Notes: generated by a model from the sequence alone, not told the origin. Counted from the whole stretch's first letter, positions 39,001 to 53,109 are shown. The stretch: DNA of 63,488 nt, filler included, from Octopus bimaculoides (GCF_001194135.2; 4 parts of 3 records of this genome joined end to end with filler, not necessarily neighbours in it), one strand, 5' to 3'. Numbers and translations are program-made.

Positions 39001-39527
39001 TGTAGCACCCAGAATATTTTCATCAATGCCTACGTATGAAATCATGCACCATTATTTATTTATTTATTTATTTATTCATTTATTTCATTCGTTCCCTAAC
39101 TTGAGATAGAAAAGCAGTAAGCATTAGACACAAAAAATGGAAGTTGATGTTAATAGCGCAGATACATCGAAGGAAGTCTATACTTAAGTTGCTGGTCGCG
39201 TTTGAGATACGTTCTGCTATGATTTGTATCGTTTTCTTTCTAATGGAAATACAGCAATTGTTTGAAGCTTTGGCCGTGCTACGTCGTTCAGACTGCTTGT
39301 CTACTTAGGAATAGTCAAGCTTTACACTAGCAATGCATCGGGAAAGATTTCAGAGGTTCTTTTTTTTATCTTTTTGTTATTTATTAATATATAGAATTTA
39401 GGATACTCACATGGATGTGTGTTTCTTTTTTGTGATCCTAAACACAACGTCGCTGATTATAGAGAGGTGGATGGTAACGACGTTGGTAGTTTTGTTGAGA
39501 TGATGAAGATGGAGCAGATGATTATGA

Positions 39528-39561
<34 letters not shown>

Positions 39562-39691
39562 GGTGGCAGTAATGGTGCTGATGGTGATGATGATGAGGAT
39601 GAAGATGAAAATCAAGGTGATAATTATGATGAAGACGACGTTGATGTTGACGACAATGGAAAATATAAGGACGAGGATGATAATTGATGAC

Positions 39692-39743
<52 letters not shown>

Positions 39744-39815
39744 CTCATCAAAGTAATACGACATTTTAACCTGAACTTTCTCTTCGCAAGCATATCAATA
39801 CGATAAGTGTGTGTG

Positions 39816-39850
<35 letters not shown>

Positions 39851-39876
39851 GTATGTATGAATCTCTCTCTCGCTTT

Positions 39877-39930
<54 letters not shown>

Positions 39931-40452
39931 CTCTATCTATCTATCTGTCTGTCTAAGTATATATTCCGAACAAATAAGAATATAGGAATGAAACGAAATA
40001 AGTCGAATAAGAAAAGAAAGACAAAGTAAGAATGAATAGAGGAGAAGAACAATAAAAATAAAATAACCAAAAAACCAATAAATATTACAACAAGAAAACA
40101 ACAAGAGCAACAAAAAATCTTAGAATAAAACTGTAAGACGACGAAAAAGTGATATGTAGATATCACAAACCTGATATATAGAAATGTTGTATCTGAATAT
40201 ATGAATGGTGTTTGCAACAAATACAGCTACAGCAGAGGTGAATCGTTATTTCTCCTCGCTCATTTCTCCAGTGGATGTTATTTTTCTGTCAGATTTTTCT
40301 TCCAGATTATTATATCTTTTTCTTTTTTTTTATTATATAATCTCTTTTATTACTTCCTTCTTTCGTTCGTTTAGTTCTTTTTTTTTTATTTTTGCCTACC
40401 TACAAACCTACGGTTTTATAATTTTTGGGGGGATTTTGTGTGTGGCTTTCCT

Positions 40453-40502
<50 letters not shown>

Positions 40503-40512
40503 NNNNNNNNNN

Positions 40513-40546
<34 letters not shown>

Positions 40547-40651
40547 GTATATATATATATATATGTGTAGATATATATATACATACGTATATATGTAAGT
40601 ATGTGTATACATATATATACGTATGTATGTATATATATAAATATATGTATG

Positions 40652-40742
<91 letters not shown>

Positions 40743-40746
40743 GTAT

Positions 40747-40777
<31 letters not shown>

Positions 40778-40840
40778 CATGTATACGCATGTATGTATAT
40801 ATATATATATACATATATACTTATGTATATTTATAAATAT

Positions 40841-40892
<52 letters not shown>

Positions 40893-40900
40893 ATATATAA
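38920..40900. repeat. microsatellite field (AAT)n, (GAT)n/(GGT)n, (GT)n, (TCTA)n, long (TA)n
   Basis: Directly visible; source of the poly-D, poly-I, poly-H and (IY)n ORFs. Confidence 0.9.
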
Positions 40901-41212
40901 TGTTGAAGAATATGACAAGAAATAACAAAGAACTGTGTGAAAGGTCAGCTGAAGGATTTCCCGCCTTTTATAGGCGGGAATGAACAGAAAGTAGATTGAA
41001 TAGAAGTTGTAGCAATGTTCAACAAGGACTTCCAAGCTGACATACACATGCACCAAAGCAGGGAGAAGGAAAAAAAAGATATATTCTCAATGTTCATGTA
41101 TACTTGAGGTGAACAGTAGCGGCTTTATGTCCTTCTTTGTTTCTTATTTTCAACTTTTTTGTACCAGAGTGTATTTGATAAAGATAGTGATATTCACTGA
41201 AATACACGGAAA

Positions 41213-41258
<46 letters not shown>

Positions 41259-41638
41259 NNNNNNNNNNNNNNNNNNNNNNNNNNNNNNNNNNNNNNNNNN
41301 NNNNNNNNNNNNNNNNNNNNNNNNNNNNNNNNNNNNNNNNNNNNNNNNNNNNNNNNNNNNNNNNNNNNNNNNNNNNNNNNNNNNNNNNNNNNNNNNNNNN
41401 NNNNNNNNNNNNNNNNNNNNNNNNNNNNNNNNNNNNNNNNNNNNNNNNNNNNNNNNNNNNNNNNNNNNNNNNNNNNNNNNNNNNNNNNNNNNNNNNNNNN
41501 NNNNNNNNNNNNNNNNNNNNNNNNNNNNNNNNNNNNNNNNNNNNNNNNNNNNNNNNNNNNNNNNNNNNNNNNNNNNNNNNNNNNNNNNNNNNNNNNNNNN
41601 NNNNNNNNNNNNNNNNNNNNNNNNNNNNNNNNNNNNNN

Positions 41639-41681
<43 letters not shown>

Positions 41682-42383
41682 TATACATATGTACACGTAT
41701 ATATATAATATGTATGTATACATGTATACATAAAATCGATATGTATGTGTATGCATATATAAACACATATTGATATATAAATATATATATATATATATGT
41801 ACGTATGTAAATTTGTGTGTGTGTATTTGCGTGATTGTGTGTGTTTATGTGAGTGTCTGTGTCTGTGTAGAAGATCCTTTGAGGGTTTAGCTTCTAACTT
41901 CGTGACTGAACGGACGTCTGTGTATTATAACAAAGACACAATTTATTCCAATTCCTCCGCAAAACTCGTCACAGATCTACACCACATAGATTGACATGCT
42001 TTTGTGAAATAGCATTTAGAATTTCATCCTCGATACTATATGAGTCTACATCAGGTCTGGAATCATAAAACAGACGCTTCATCAGACAAAATTCTCCACC
42101 AGAGCCAAAACAAAGAGATGTCCGGGGCAGTGAGTTCATATATAAAATATATCACCTTAGTGGGGTTGCCACGTCATAGCTATAGTCCGTGGGTGAAGTA
42201 AGTAAAAATAAATTTATATAGATATATATAATTAAATTTAGATAATGCCGGTTTATGGGATTACCTTAGGTTTCTTGCCTATGAAGCGTTTAGCTTTATG
42301 GCGTATCCTCAGATCCCAAAACCTTTTATATATATGTAAGCATGTATATAGGCCTCTCTTGAGTGTCGCTTATAACATTTCAG

Positions 42384-42451
42384 CCAGCACAGACTGTTGT
42401 ATGGACGGACCGCCCGAGCGACAAAATCGGCAACACCACAACGCTTGCATG
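42384..42451 (+). CDS. candidate 68-nt internal exon, product unknown
   Basis: ATAACATTTCAG|CCAGCACAG...GCTTGCATG|GTGAGT: consensus acceptor and donor, GC-rich island in AT-rich DNA, open in all three frames. Confidence 0.35.
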
Positions 42452-42579
42452 GTGAGTATGGTGGCTTTTTGGCACTCTGGGACAAGAAAACTCGTGAAAG
42501 GGCATATAAAATCAGGAGATTCAATTACATGACATACATTTATGTACACACACAACACATACATGCCTATGTGTGTGTG

Positions 42580-42614
<35 letters not shown>

Positions 42615-43894
42615 CTCTGTGTGTATGTGATATGTAGATATTCCTTGTATGGGAATCAGGTATGTTTTTAGGATACCAGTATGGGATGTATCCTAACCCA
42701 ATACGAAGGCAATTAACCCAGATGGTGAAAAAAAAACAAACAAAAAAAAAACAGAAAAGCGTGAGGAATATTGTTCATTGAGTTTGCGGCACATAATGAC
42801 GCCGTTTTCTGCTGTCTGGGTTTCCCACATCACTGGTTAATTATCATCTGTGCAGATAGTCTAACAGTTCTAATGTTAGATCCTCTTGATCGAAATCGAC
42901 GGGAGAATCCACTATATATGCATGCATGTTGTATGTGTGCATGTGTGTTTCTGCATATGTGTATCACGTGTGTATCTGTATGTGCGCGATTGGATAAGGA
43001 AAAAAAATACACTGCGACAATTTACAGAAAGGCAAATATATTAAATACTTCCCACGTATGTCAATTTAGCTTCTGTTTTAATTAAATTCAATAGATACGT
43101 TTAATATATTAAGATCAAACAAAGTGTTAGAAGATTAGGGTTTTAGAAATAAGATCTATTTTCCAGTATTGATTATATCATAATTAATTATTAGCAATTG
43201 TTCTACCTCCAAGAGGAATATTTCACAATTAAAATTTTGAAATTACATTTCTGAAATATTTATTAATTGGCACACATGATATGAATACTATTGTTATAAA
43301 TACATGTTCAATAGGCCTTGTATGTAACTTTAATTTATATAAGGTTAATATTACCATATCAATACTGCGAGTTGAGTAATCGAAATTCTAATATATAACA
43401 ATATATTGGATCGATTGGCGTACATTTACTACATAAGACTACTTTACTTTTTTGTTTCGAACGTTACAAATGATTATTTATTTATTTTACCTAGAAAAGA
43501 TCTATCTCAATGCGACTGAATCAAATGTTAATAAAATGCCTGTTTCATTTGCATGAATATAAATACGGTTTGTAGGCAATAGAAAACAAAACAAGTAATT
43601 CGAGTGAAAATATTAACAAAGACGTAAGAAATGAATAATATATCACTATTGTATGTAATTTCAACATGAGAATATACTGGAAATAACTTAATACGAATTA
43701 CAAATGTCGCATTATATCCAATGCTTTTCTGAACAATAGGACTCCTACAATATATATTTAGGAAACTATTTCGAAACAATTTGCAGATTAATGTCGAAAA
43801 CAGAATAGTTAAAGTGTCTAGTTTGTAAAATAAAAATGCATAAATAAATTAAAATATACCTCGTTATATGCATATATATACGTGTGTGTATGTA

Positions 43895-43925
<31 letters not shown>

Positions 43926-43931
43926 CTGTAT

Positions 43932-44013
<82 letters not shown>

Positions 44014-44495
44014 AATTTATTTAAATATATATATGTACAAACATACTACATAAATATATATATACTACAAGCGAGCACACACACACACTCTCTCACACAC
44101 ATGTACATATTATATATATATATATGTGTGTGTGTACATACATGCAGGCATACATAAACAATACGTACAAACATATATACATACTTAAGACTTTCAAGCA
44201 AACAAAGAGACTTGGATACCACAAACTACAGAGATTCAATATCTAAGCGGAAATATTTAAAATATGCAAGACTTTTATAAAGATCCATATGCGACCATTA
44301 TCATTGTTATTATCCAAAATTCAATGTTGAAACTTTTGTTTCTTTGATAGAAACCTACCGCCTCCTCCTACGAAGGATACAAGAACTTTAAAAAAATAAA
44401 TAAAGACACGTATGTAAACACAGGGAATTTATTTTATGCAAGTAGATGTAGGAAGCGTTCAAGATTAAAATGCATTTCTAGTCTTTAGGAACATT

Positions 44496-44865
44496 TATTA
44501 CCTCCGCTTTATCGAAGGGGGAGGTATTGTTTCAGTCGCATTTATTTGTTTGTTTGTCCCTGGACAAGATAGCTCAAGAACCGCTGTAAAGATACGGATG
44601 AAACTTTCAGGCATGTTCGGTCTTGTGACTGGCACAAACTGATTAGATTTTGGGATCGATCCGTAACGGACAAGAATTCTGGATTATTTTTCCTGTTTTT
44701 TTACTTAATTTATAAGAGCGGTTGGGTTCATTTTTGATATTATTGTTTGTGAGAGCAGTCGAGTTTATGTTAGATATTCTCATTTTAAATATCATCACCG
44801 GATAATAGTTGAGAGGATGTTGGTGTTGCCTTGGCAGAGGTTGGCGTTCTCTGAGCGATCTTGTT
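44496..44865 (+). mobile_element. non-autonomous Helentron (HINE/DINE-1-like)
   Basis: Starts TTATTACCTCCGC...GAGGTATTGTTTCAGTCGCATTTATTTGTTTGTTTGTC...GATGAAACTTTCAGG and ends GCCTTGGCAGAGGT followed by short hairpin GCGTTCTCTGAGCG and TTGTT. This is the asymmetric subterminal inverted repeat plus 3' stem-loop layout of Helentron derivatives. Confidence 0.7.
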
Positions 44866-45221
44866 ATTATTAACTTATCTGATTAATGATAAGACCAATT
44901 ATGTTATGTTTACAAATTAATTTCGTTCCCTCCCCCACATATATTACTCTTTTTTTTTTGGTTTCAGTTTCTGGCCTCCACCCACGCAAAATCATCATCA
45001 TCAAGGTTTCTTGTTGATCCTAGTAATTATTACAGCATCCTACTCAAAGTCTTCATCTCTATCCATTATGCCGTTTCCTTCTGAGTTATACAGGAGCACA
45101 GAATTTTATGTGATTTCACAAGTAATCGTAAATAGAAACACAGAAATATGTAAACATAATGAGCGTCCGTGCAATTTCTATTTACCAAATTTTACTCTTG
45201 ATGTAGTGCTTCATATGTGCT

Positions 45222-46110
45222 TAGCGGCATATCGACCGACTTTACGTTCTGGGTTCAAATGCCACCGGAGTCAACTTTGCCTTTTATCATTTTGGGGCTT
45301 TAAAATTAGTACTAGTTGAGCACTGGTGTCGATTTAACCGACTCAGCCCCTACCCCGGAATTTCTGGCCTTCTGCCTATATTTGAAACCATTATGTAGCT
45401 ACGATAAAAGAGCATTTCGACGAGGCGTTGTGCAATGGAATTATTGTTTTATTTATGTGTAGATCATTTGTTTCAGGCCACCTTTAGCATGTTTGGCAAG
45501 GAAATATTCTTTTCTACTGTAAGCATGAGACCCGAAATTTTTGGGGACGGAGCCAGTCGATTAGACCGACCCCAGTAAGCAACTGTTGCTTAATTTATCG
45601 ACGCCGAAAGAATGAAAAGCAAAGTCGAACTCGGTGGAATTTGAACGCAGAACGTAAAGACAGCCGAAATACCACTGAGCATTTCGCTCAGCGTGCTAAC
45701 GATTCTGCCAGTTCGCCGCCTTTGGCAAGGAAATATTTATTTCCTTATTGCTCACAGGGGTGGGGGTCTAAACATAGAGGGGACAAACAAGGTCAGGCAA
45801 AGAGATTAAGTCGATGACATTGACTCCAGTGCATAACTGGTACTTATTTATCGACCCACGAAAGAATTAAAGGCAAGGTCGACCTCGGCGTAATTTGAAC
45901 TCAGAACGACTCTGCCAGCTCGCCGCCTTCTAAATCTCCTACATTGTCATTATTCGCTTTTCAAGAAGGTAGCGTGTTGGCAGAATCGTTAGCACGCCGG
46001 ACGAAATGCTGAGCGGTATTTCGTCTGCCGCTAAGTTCTGAGTTCAAATTACGCCGAGGTTGACTTTGCCTTTCATTCTTTTGGGGTCGACATAAGTACC
46101 AGTTGATTGG
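45222..46110. mobile_element. four Meta/MESC-like SINEs in +,-,-,+ order (45222-45390, 45512-45722, 45745-45930, 45966-46105)
   Basis: Same diagnostic core and B box as 35283-36330, on both strands. Confidence 0.8.
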
Positions 46111-46628
46111 TAACAGACATATGTTATATTTAACAAAATGTAGTTATATAATAACAATTATATTTAATTGACATATAGTTAAGTTTGCGACTCTTTTCGT
46201 TGTTGTTTCTTAAGACAAGACTATATTTCTCTAATGGTGCTTGTTGTTCCGTGGTTTTTATGCTTTCTTGCAGTTCTGAAAATTAACCACTTTCAATGTA
46301 ATACTCACATTGAGCATTTTCCTAACTCTGACATTTATTTTAGTATTCTAAATGTATACCTAGTTATCTCAAAACACATTCGCTCACGCCTTTTGTTCAA
46401 CCGCTATATAGTTGTTTTTAAGATATGCTCCGTAGTCATTTCTCAATTCGCATGCGTATACGCATTATCATTATCTCTCTGAGATGCAGAGATGTTATCC
46501 TGAGATTTAGTCACGAATCTCAGATGTCTTCATAAGTTTCTTGCAGAGAAAAGGATATTACCTTTCCGTAAGTCCTAATTCCAACATGATATATAACATA
46601 TATAAAATAGCATAATACAGTATGCTAT

Positions 46629-46810
46629 AATCTTATATATAAATGGCAGTTTCTCTCAATCTGTCTGTCTAGCTGTCTGTCCGTCTGTCTGCTAACGTCT
46701 TGTTGCCAAAACCAGCGAACCAATCTTCACCAAACTTTGTATACATGTTGAACTAAAATGCAGTTCAATTATAAGCTTATTAGATTTCAATAAGAATCGA
46801 TACGGGCGTT
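46629..46810 (+). mobile_element. Helitron/Helentron-like end fragment
   Basis: ATCTTATATATAAATGGCAG...(TCTG)n...AACCAGCGAACCAATCTTCACCAAACTTTG, the reverse orientation of the end architecture at 13600-13709. Confidence 0.45.
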
Positions 46811-46941
46811 GGGCTTTAACATGATAATAAGAGAGGTGTTAGGTTCAGAGAAGCGTGACATAATGAGGGTAGCTGATACCAGGGAAGGAGAGGAGAGAGG
46901 AAGAGATAGGCACGAAAGTAATGTGCGAGTCAGAGATACTT

Positions 46942-47032
<91 letters not shown>

Positions 47033-47508
47033 AGAGTCTTCCTAATGCATTCGAATTGCCGATTTTGACGTATGGGATATCGAAAGATTCAATAATCTTA
47101 CCACTACCAAATAAACTTTATTTTCATTTCTGTATTTTCATTACAAAAAATTTACATTATAATATTTCCATAAGTCAACTATCGTATGCATTTTATATCA
47201 CGAGGATAACGACGACGACGTCACATTTTATATATCATTGTGTACCTTAAAAGACATCTATTTATCTATATGTTATGAGGAAATGCAGACACTCACTTTC
47301 TCTGGCGCATGCACACGCATTTGCACAGATATATACAAAAACGATGTATGCATATGTATTTCTGTATGTGTATATGAAAAATGTACGTGTGTGTGTGTGT
47401 GTGTGAGAAAGAGAGAGAGAGAGAGACTGAGTGCCACTTACACATACATGACAACACACTCCTTCTCTCATTCGCACACACGCACGCACACACCCACACA
47501 CCCACACC

Positions 47509-47540
<32 letters not shown>

Positions 47541-48189
47541 CATACACGTCCATTACATATACACTACGTACAATATTTCAATTTCTCCTCTCTTTCACTT
47601 TCTGGTCTCACTTTAAAGCAATTATCGCGGTTTTACTTTCTCCTTTCTCTCAATTTCTGCTCTCTTCATAATATTAAGAAATGAAAATAGATTACGGAAA
47701 TTAACGAATATATCCGAAAACTGAGTTGCTGATTTTGATGCATGGGCTATCAACAGATTCAGTAATTTTTCGGCTGACAAATAAACTTCATTTTCACTGA
47801 AAATTCTGATGACATAGCACTTTTCCAGCAAATCCTGCATCAGCTTCTTCGAGTTTCTACTTTCAAATGAACTTAAAAGCAGAGAGGTAGAATCTATTGA
47901 CAAGTAGTTTTGTGAAAGGGAGAGTGACAGCACTGGAACGGTTTAAATAACTGCATCGGACTGTTGAGAGCTAAAGGTTCTGAAGTGATGTGTAACAGGC
48001 TTTGAGTGTGGTTTCCTATGTCGGGGAAAAAACCTTTCTTACTCGCATTTTCTTCTGTACCGCTACTTCCCTTTAGAGCATGATTCTCTATCGTTAATAT
48101 ACATCACATCTATTTACGGACTCTTCCGATTTTTGTCGATAACCGAAAGCGGTGATATGGCATGTTTGTTAGGGTACAGGAATATGTGA

Positions 48190-49030
48190 TTTGCTGTGTT
48201 TTCCCCGGGTCTTTGTCCTCAAAGTTCAAATACCGCTGAAGCCAGCCTTGCCTTTAATCTTTTCAACGTTGATAAAATTAAGTGCCAGAATAATACTTCG
48301 GTTAATGTAATCGATTATCACTTTCTACCTTCTCACAATCAAAAGTTTGTTGTGATAGTTATTAAAGGCCAAGGCAATGCACCGAGGTAGCAGAATCCGT
48401 TAGCACGCCGGGCGAAATGCTTAACGGTATTTCGTCTGCCGCCACATTGTGAGTTCAAGTTCTGCCGGGGCCGACTTTGCTTTTCATCCTTCTGGGGTCG
48501 ATAAATTAAGTACCAGTTGTGCACTGGAGTCAATGCGATCTATTTATTCCCTCCCCACATATTTCAGGTTTTGTGCTTACAGTAAAAAAGATTATTATTA
48601 AAGACCTCGAGCAACTAGAATTATTAACGCTTCAATAACATGACTCGCGATATTTTTTGCAGTTCTTTCAGTTTAAATTTCGCTGAAATCCATCTTACCT
48701 TTCATCTCAATTGAATCGGCCAAATAATGTCCTATCAGCTTCTGGAGTCGATGTAAACGATCAGCCCCACTCTCACTGAAATTACAGATTTTACTTCAAA
48801 ATTTGAAGCAAATATTAATGAGGCTGCGCGCTGGTAGAATCGTTAACATGCGGGGCAAAACGCTTGGCGGCATTTCGTCAACTTTGACGTTCTGGATACA
48901 AATTTCACCGATGTCCAATTTACTTTTCAATATTTTGAGGTTTTCAAAATAAAACCTGTCAAGTACTGGGGTCGATGTAATCGTCTCACACCCTCCTTCA
49001 TAATTGCTGGCCTTGTGCCAAAATTTGAAG
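48190..49030 (+). mobile_element. cluster of Meta/MESC-like SINEs of varying decay
   Basis: Copies at about 48196-48340, 48383-48590, 48680-48800 and 48820-49030. Confidence 0.75.
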
Positions 49031-49452
49031 CCATTGTTATTACAGGTGGTGGTGGCGGCGTTATTGTTTTTTTGCTATTACTGTTTCTGAAGTTATGCTT
49101 TTGCCCTACATGTAAACCGAATGACGGCCTCAGATACAGCCCCTGCCAACACATCGCATACACTGATATGGAACAGCATGTGTCTCCTGATGTAATCACA
49201 TCAATAACTTAGAGTAGTAAATGCTGTCTAATATGATAACCGGATATTAATTGTGATATTACTGAATATTATATCAATATTCCGGCTTGAGGCCAAGATT
49301 ATTACACAAGACATACAAAATGAATCGACAGTTACGTGTAATAAGGGAAGTAAATGATCTGCATACATACATACATACATACATACATACATACATACAT
49401 ACGTACATACATATATATGTATGTATATATATTTAAACACATACAAAGAGTT

Positions 49453-49495
<43 letters not shown>

Positions 49496-50201
49496 TGAAC
49501 ACACATATGTATGTACATATGTATTCATAAATGTATATACATATACCTACATGCATATATGTATATATATATATATATANNNNNNNNNNNNNNNNNNNNN
49601 NNNNNNNNNNNNNNNNNNNNNNNNNNNNNNNNNNNNNNNNNNNNNNNNNNNNNNNNNNNNNNNNNNNNNNNNNNNNNNNNNNNNNNNNNNNNNNNNNNNN
49701 NNNNNNNNNNNNNNNNNNNNNNNNNNNNNNNNNNNNNNNNNNNNNNNNNNNNNNNNNNNNNNNNNNNNNNNNNNNNNNNNNNNNNNNNNNNNNNNNNNNN
49801 NNNNNNNNNNNNNNNNNNNNNNNNNNNNNNNNNNNNNNNNNNNNNNNNNNNNNNNNNNNNNNNNNNNNNNNNNNNNNNNNNNNNNNNNNNNNNNNNNNNN
49901 NNNNNNNNNNNNNNNNNNNNNNNNNNNNNNNNNNNNNNNNNNNNNNNNNNNNNNNNNNNNNNNNNNNNNNNNNNNNNNNNNNNNNNNNNNNNNNNNNNNN
50001 NNNNNNNNNNNNNNNNNNNNNNNNNNNNNNNNNNNNNNNNNNNNNNNNNNNNNNNNNNNNNNNNNNNNNNNNNNNNNNNNNNNNNNNNNNNNNNNNNNNN
50101 NNNNNNNNNNNNNNNNNNNNNNNNNNNNNNNNNNNNNTATATATATATATATATATATATATGCGTACTTAGAAATTGCTATATATAAGGCAGCGCGTAT
50201 G

Positions 50202-50234
<33 letters not shown>

Positions 50235-51299
50235 CTGTGCTTGTGCACGTATGGCGAGTATCATGCAAATTACGTAAGTATGATTATAACCCCACCAGCC
50301 GCATATGCACAGATAAATTGTTGCGGTTTTAGATTAACTATAGTGAAGCTGATGTAAGATAGACATGTATAGAGACCTGCATAAACATGCATCACACAGA
50401 CGCACCTATGCAACACTATGTATATATGAGTATATTTTCATGTAAAAATCTGTGTATTTATTTGAACAGTGTTCAACACAGTATTAGAAATATGTAGGCT
50501 ATACAATTTATTCTTATACTACTACAGAATATATGGAGAGAAATACGTACACACACACAAACATAGCCAAATATAAGCATTATTACACTTAATAAGTTAA
50601 CTGTACACCCACAGATTCTTAACTAGAAGTCAAAGTCTCTGATTCGACATCGCATATGCGCACAATGTTATTGATTACTTTTGGAAGTGAAATAACAAAA
50701 ACAGGGATAACATGACGTAGTATTTGCTATGGATTATTACAGATACGCTAAACAGTGTAGGCTGCGAAGTGACAGGATTCTTATGTTTTGCGGTGTTTAT
50801 TTCGGCTCAAATCGCGTCGATGTCAACTAAGCAATTCCTCTTTTACGTATATAATATATACACATAATGTATGCATGTATATATATATATATATATATAT
50901 TTATAAATGAAAGTATATACATATATATGTAGGTATACATGTGTATATATTCATAACGGTAGCATTGTCGGTTGTCGGTTATAAAGGTGTGAATCACCGC
51001 GACACAAAATTCTTGATGAGAATGAAGTTCTGGATTCTCGATGAAGTTCTGGATTCGATGTAAGTTATTTGCGTCCTCTCCTCAATATTGCTGGGGTTAA
51101 AATCTGCAAAGGATCGGTGTCCCCTTCAGGGCGAATGATGTGATCTCGGTCACTTATACGTTATGAAAACCAGGTAATTAACGTTATGAGTATTAAGACT
51201 CGGGTTAAAATAAATAAAAATAAACGTAAAGAATATGTATATTTTTTATGTATTTCGAAGGCAGGACAGTAGGATGTTTGCACCGAGACGAAGCCGGAA

Positions 51300-51800
51300 G
51301 TCTTTTTACGAATTGAAAGGAAATATTTAAAGGTAACAGAAAGAAATGAAAGAGAAAAACGTAGAGAGATGAATAGAGAGTAAGATATGGAGATAAAGAA
51401 AGAAAAATAGGGACAGAGATACTGTGAGGGAATGAACGATAGCACGAAATCAACTGATATATAGCGTCGGGTAGACCGCTAGAGAAAATGAGAGATTGCA
51501 AAGGAGAAGAGCATGAAAAAATGAAAAGCGAAAGGAGTTTGGAGTTAATGGAGAAAGTGTTGAAGTGAGAAGAAAATTGAGATTTGTACAGAAAAAAATA
51601 TGTATAGGAAGTTTGAAATACTGGAAAGAAGTATGATACAGATTCTGAGAGATGTAGGCATAAAGAGAGAGTCTGGGTAGATTAGCACCCAGGAACTGGA
51701 TAAAGATATATGTATATTTTCGAATAAAAGAGGCTGAAAAGAAAGCCACAAATAGATCGATAGCAGGAACAGGAAGGGAAGAAAAATGTCTCTCCCATCA
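51300..51800 (-). mobile_element. possible CR1/L2-type LINE 3' remnant
   Basis: Purine-rich plus strand; minus strand has weak similarity (LTSTLSPL...) to the L..L.PL.HRR..SLSLFYRY region. Very decayed. Confidence 0.25.
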
Positions 51801-51839
51801 TTAAAGAATCCCAATAATATTTGTTTAACATTTTGGCAC

Positions 51840-52310
51840 GTCGACTCCTGTGCTCAGCTGGTCATTATGTTATCTTCCCGGAACGATGAAAGACAAAATT
51901 GAAGGCAGAATATAAGCTTCAGAGTCAGGATAATAATTGTCACAGAATAAGGCGGCGAGTTAGCAGAATCGTTAGCACGTCGGGCGAAATGCATAGCGGT
52001 AGTTCGTCCGTCTTTACATTCTGGGTTCAAATTCCACCGAGGTCGACTTTGACGTTCATCCTTTCGGGGTCGATAAATTAAGTACCATTTGCATATTGGG
52101 ACTGATCTAATTGACTTGCTCCTCCCCAAAAATGTCGGGCCCTGTGCCTTGAGTAGGAAAGAATCATTGGCATGCCGAACACGCTATCTTTACATTCTGA
52201 GTTGAAATTCCGCCGAAGTCGACATTGCGTTTCATGCTTTCGGGGTCGATGAAATAGATGCCAGTTAACACTGGAGTTAATGTAATCGATTTGTGCCAAA
52301 ATTTGAACCA
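51840..52310 (+). mobile_element. three Meta/MESC-like SINE copies or fragments
   Basis: Full copy at 51950-52155, partial copies on either side. Confidence 0.75.
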
Positions 52311-52673
52311 AATACTAGTCATTGAATTAATGCCGTCTTTTCTTCTATACATATGTATATTCAAATTGGTTCTCAAATTTCAAAGTAGAAAATATGTTAA
52401 TTCTATCTTCATGATTGTTTCTTGCGTGGTTAGTATTTGTGACTAATTAAGTACAATGATATATTTTTTAAACGATATTGAACTTGAGAGGAAAGAAAAT
52501 TTTAAATATAAAGTCTGACAAATTTCGACTGAAGAATGAAGCAAAAACGAATAATAGAATTCATGAGAAAAATTGAAGATTTTAAAAGAGAGAGAATCGG
52601 TAAAAAATAATTCTAGAGTGAGAACGCTAAGTAGTGATGAGTAAAAATGAAAGGTTATTAACAGTTTGCATAT

Positions 52674-53109
52674 GCTAAAAGGACGTGCGGACTTGTAAAC
52701 AAGCCATTCACCGTGTTTTGTCATGGAGAAAATGTCTCGCTGTAAACTTTCGGTGTAAATACACCCAAATTCGAACATGCTTTTAGCATTTTCGAACTGG
52801 TAATAATATTGTATTTTTACTTATCACTGCTTAGCGGTCTTACTCTATTAATTAATTAGGATGAGCCATCGATTTGTACTACCAGCCGACGTGTGTTGAC
52901 TGGCGAAACATAAGAGAGATTGTCTCTCTTATCAGCTCATAACACCACTGCCCAGTTTCTGTGACTGAAGAGGAGATAACTACTCCGAAATACTTGCATC
53001 TCACAGTCTGCATAGGTGGCGCTGGGAGCTGATTAAGGCTTATTTACACCATATTTCTCCATGACAAAACAGTGGATGATTTGTTTACAAGTCCGAACGA
53101 GCTTTTTAG
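52674..53109. repeat. fold-back element with about 70-bp imperfect inverted arms
   Basis: 52674-52745 (GCTAAAAGGACGTGCGGACTTGTAAACAAGCCATTCACCGTGTTTTGTCATGGAGAAA) is the approximate reverse complement of 53041-53109. Confidence 0.75.
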
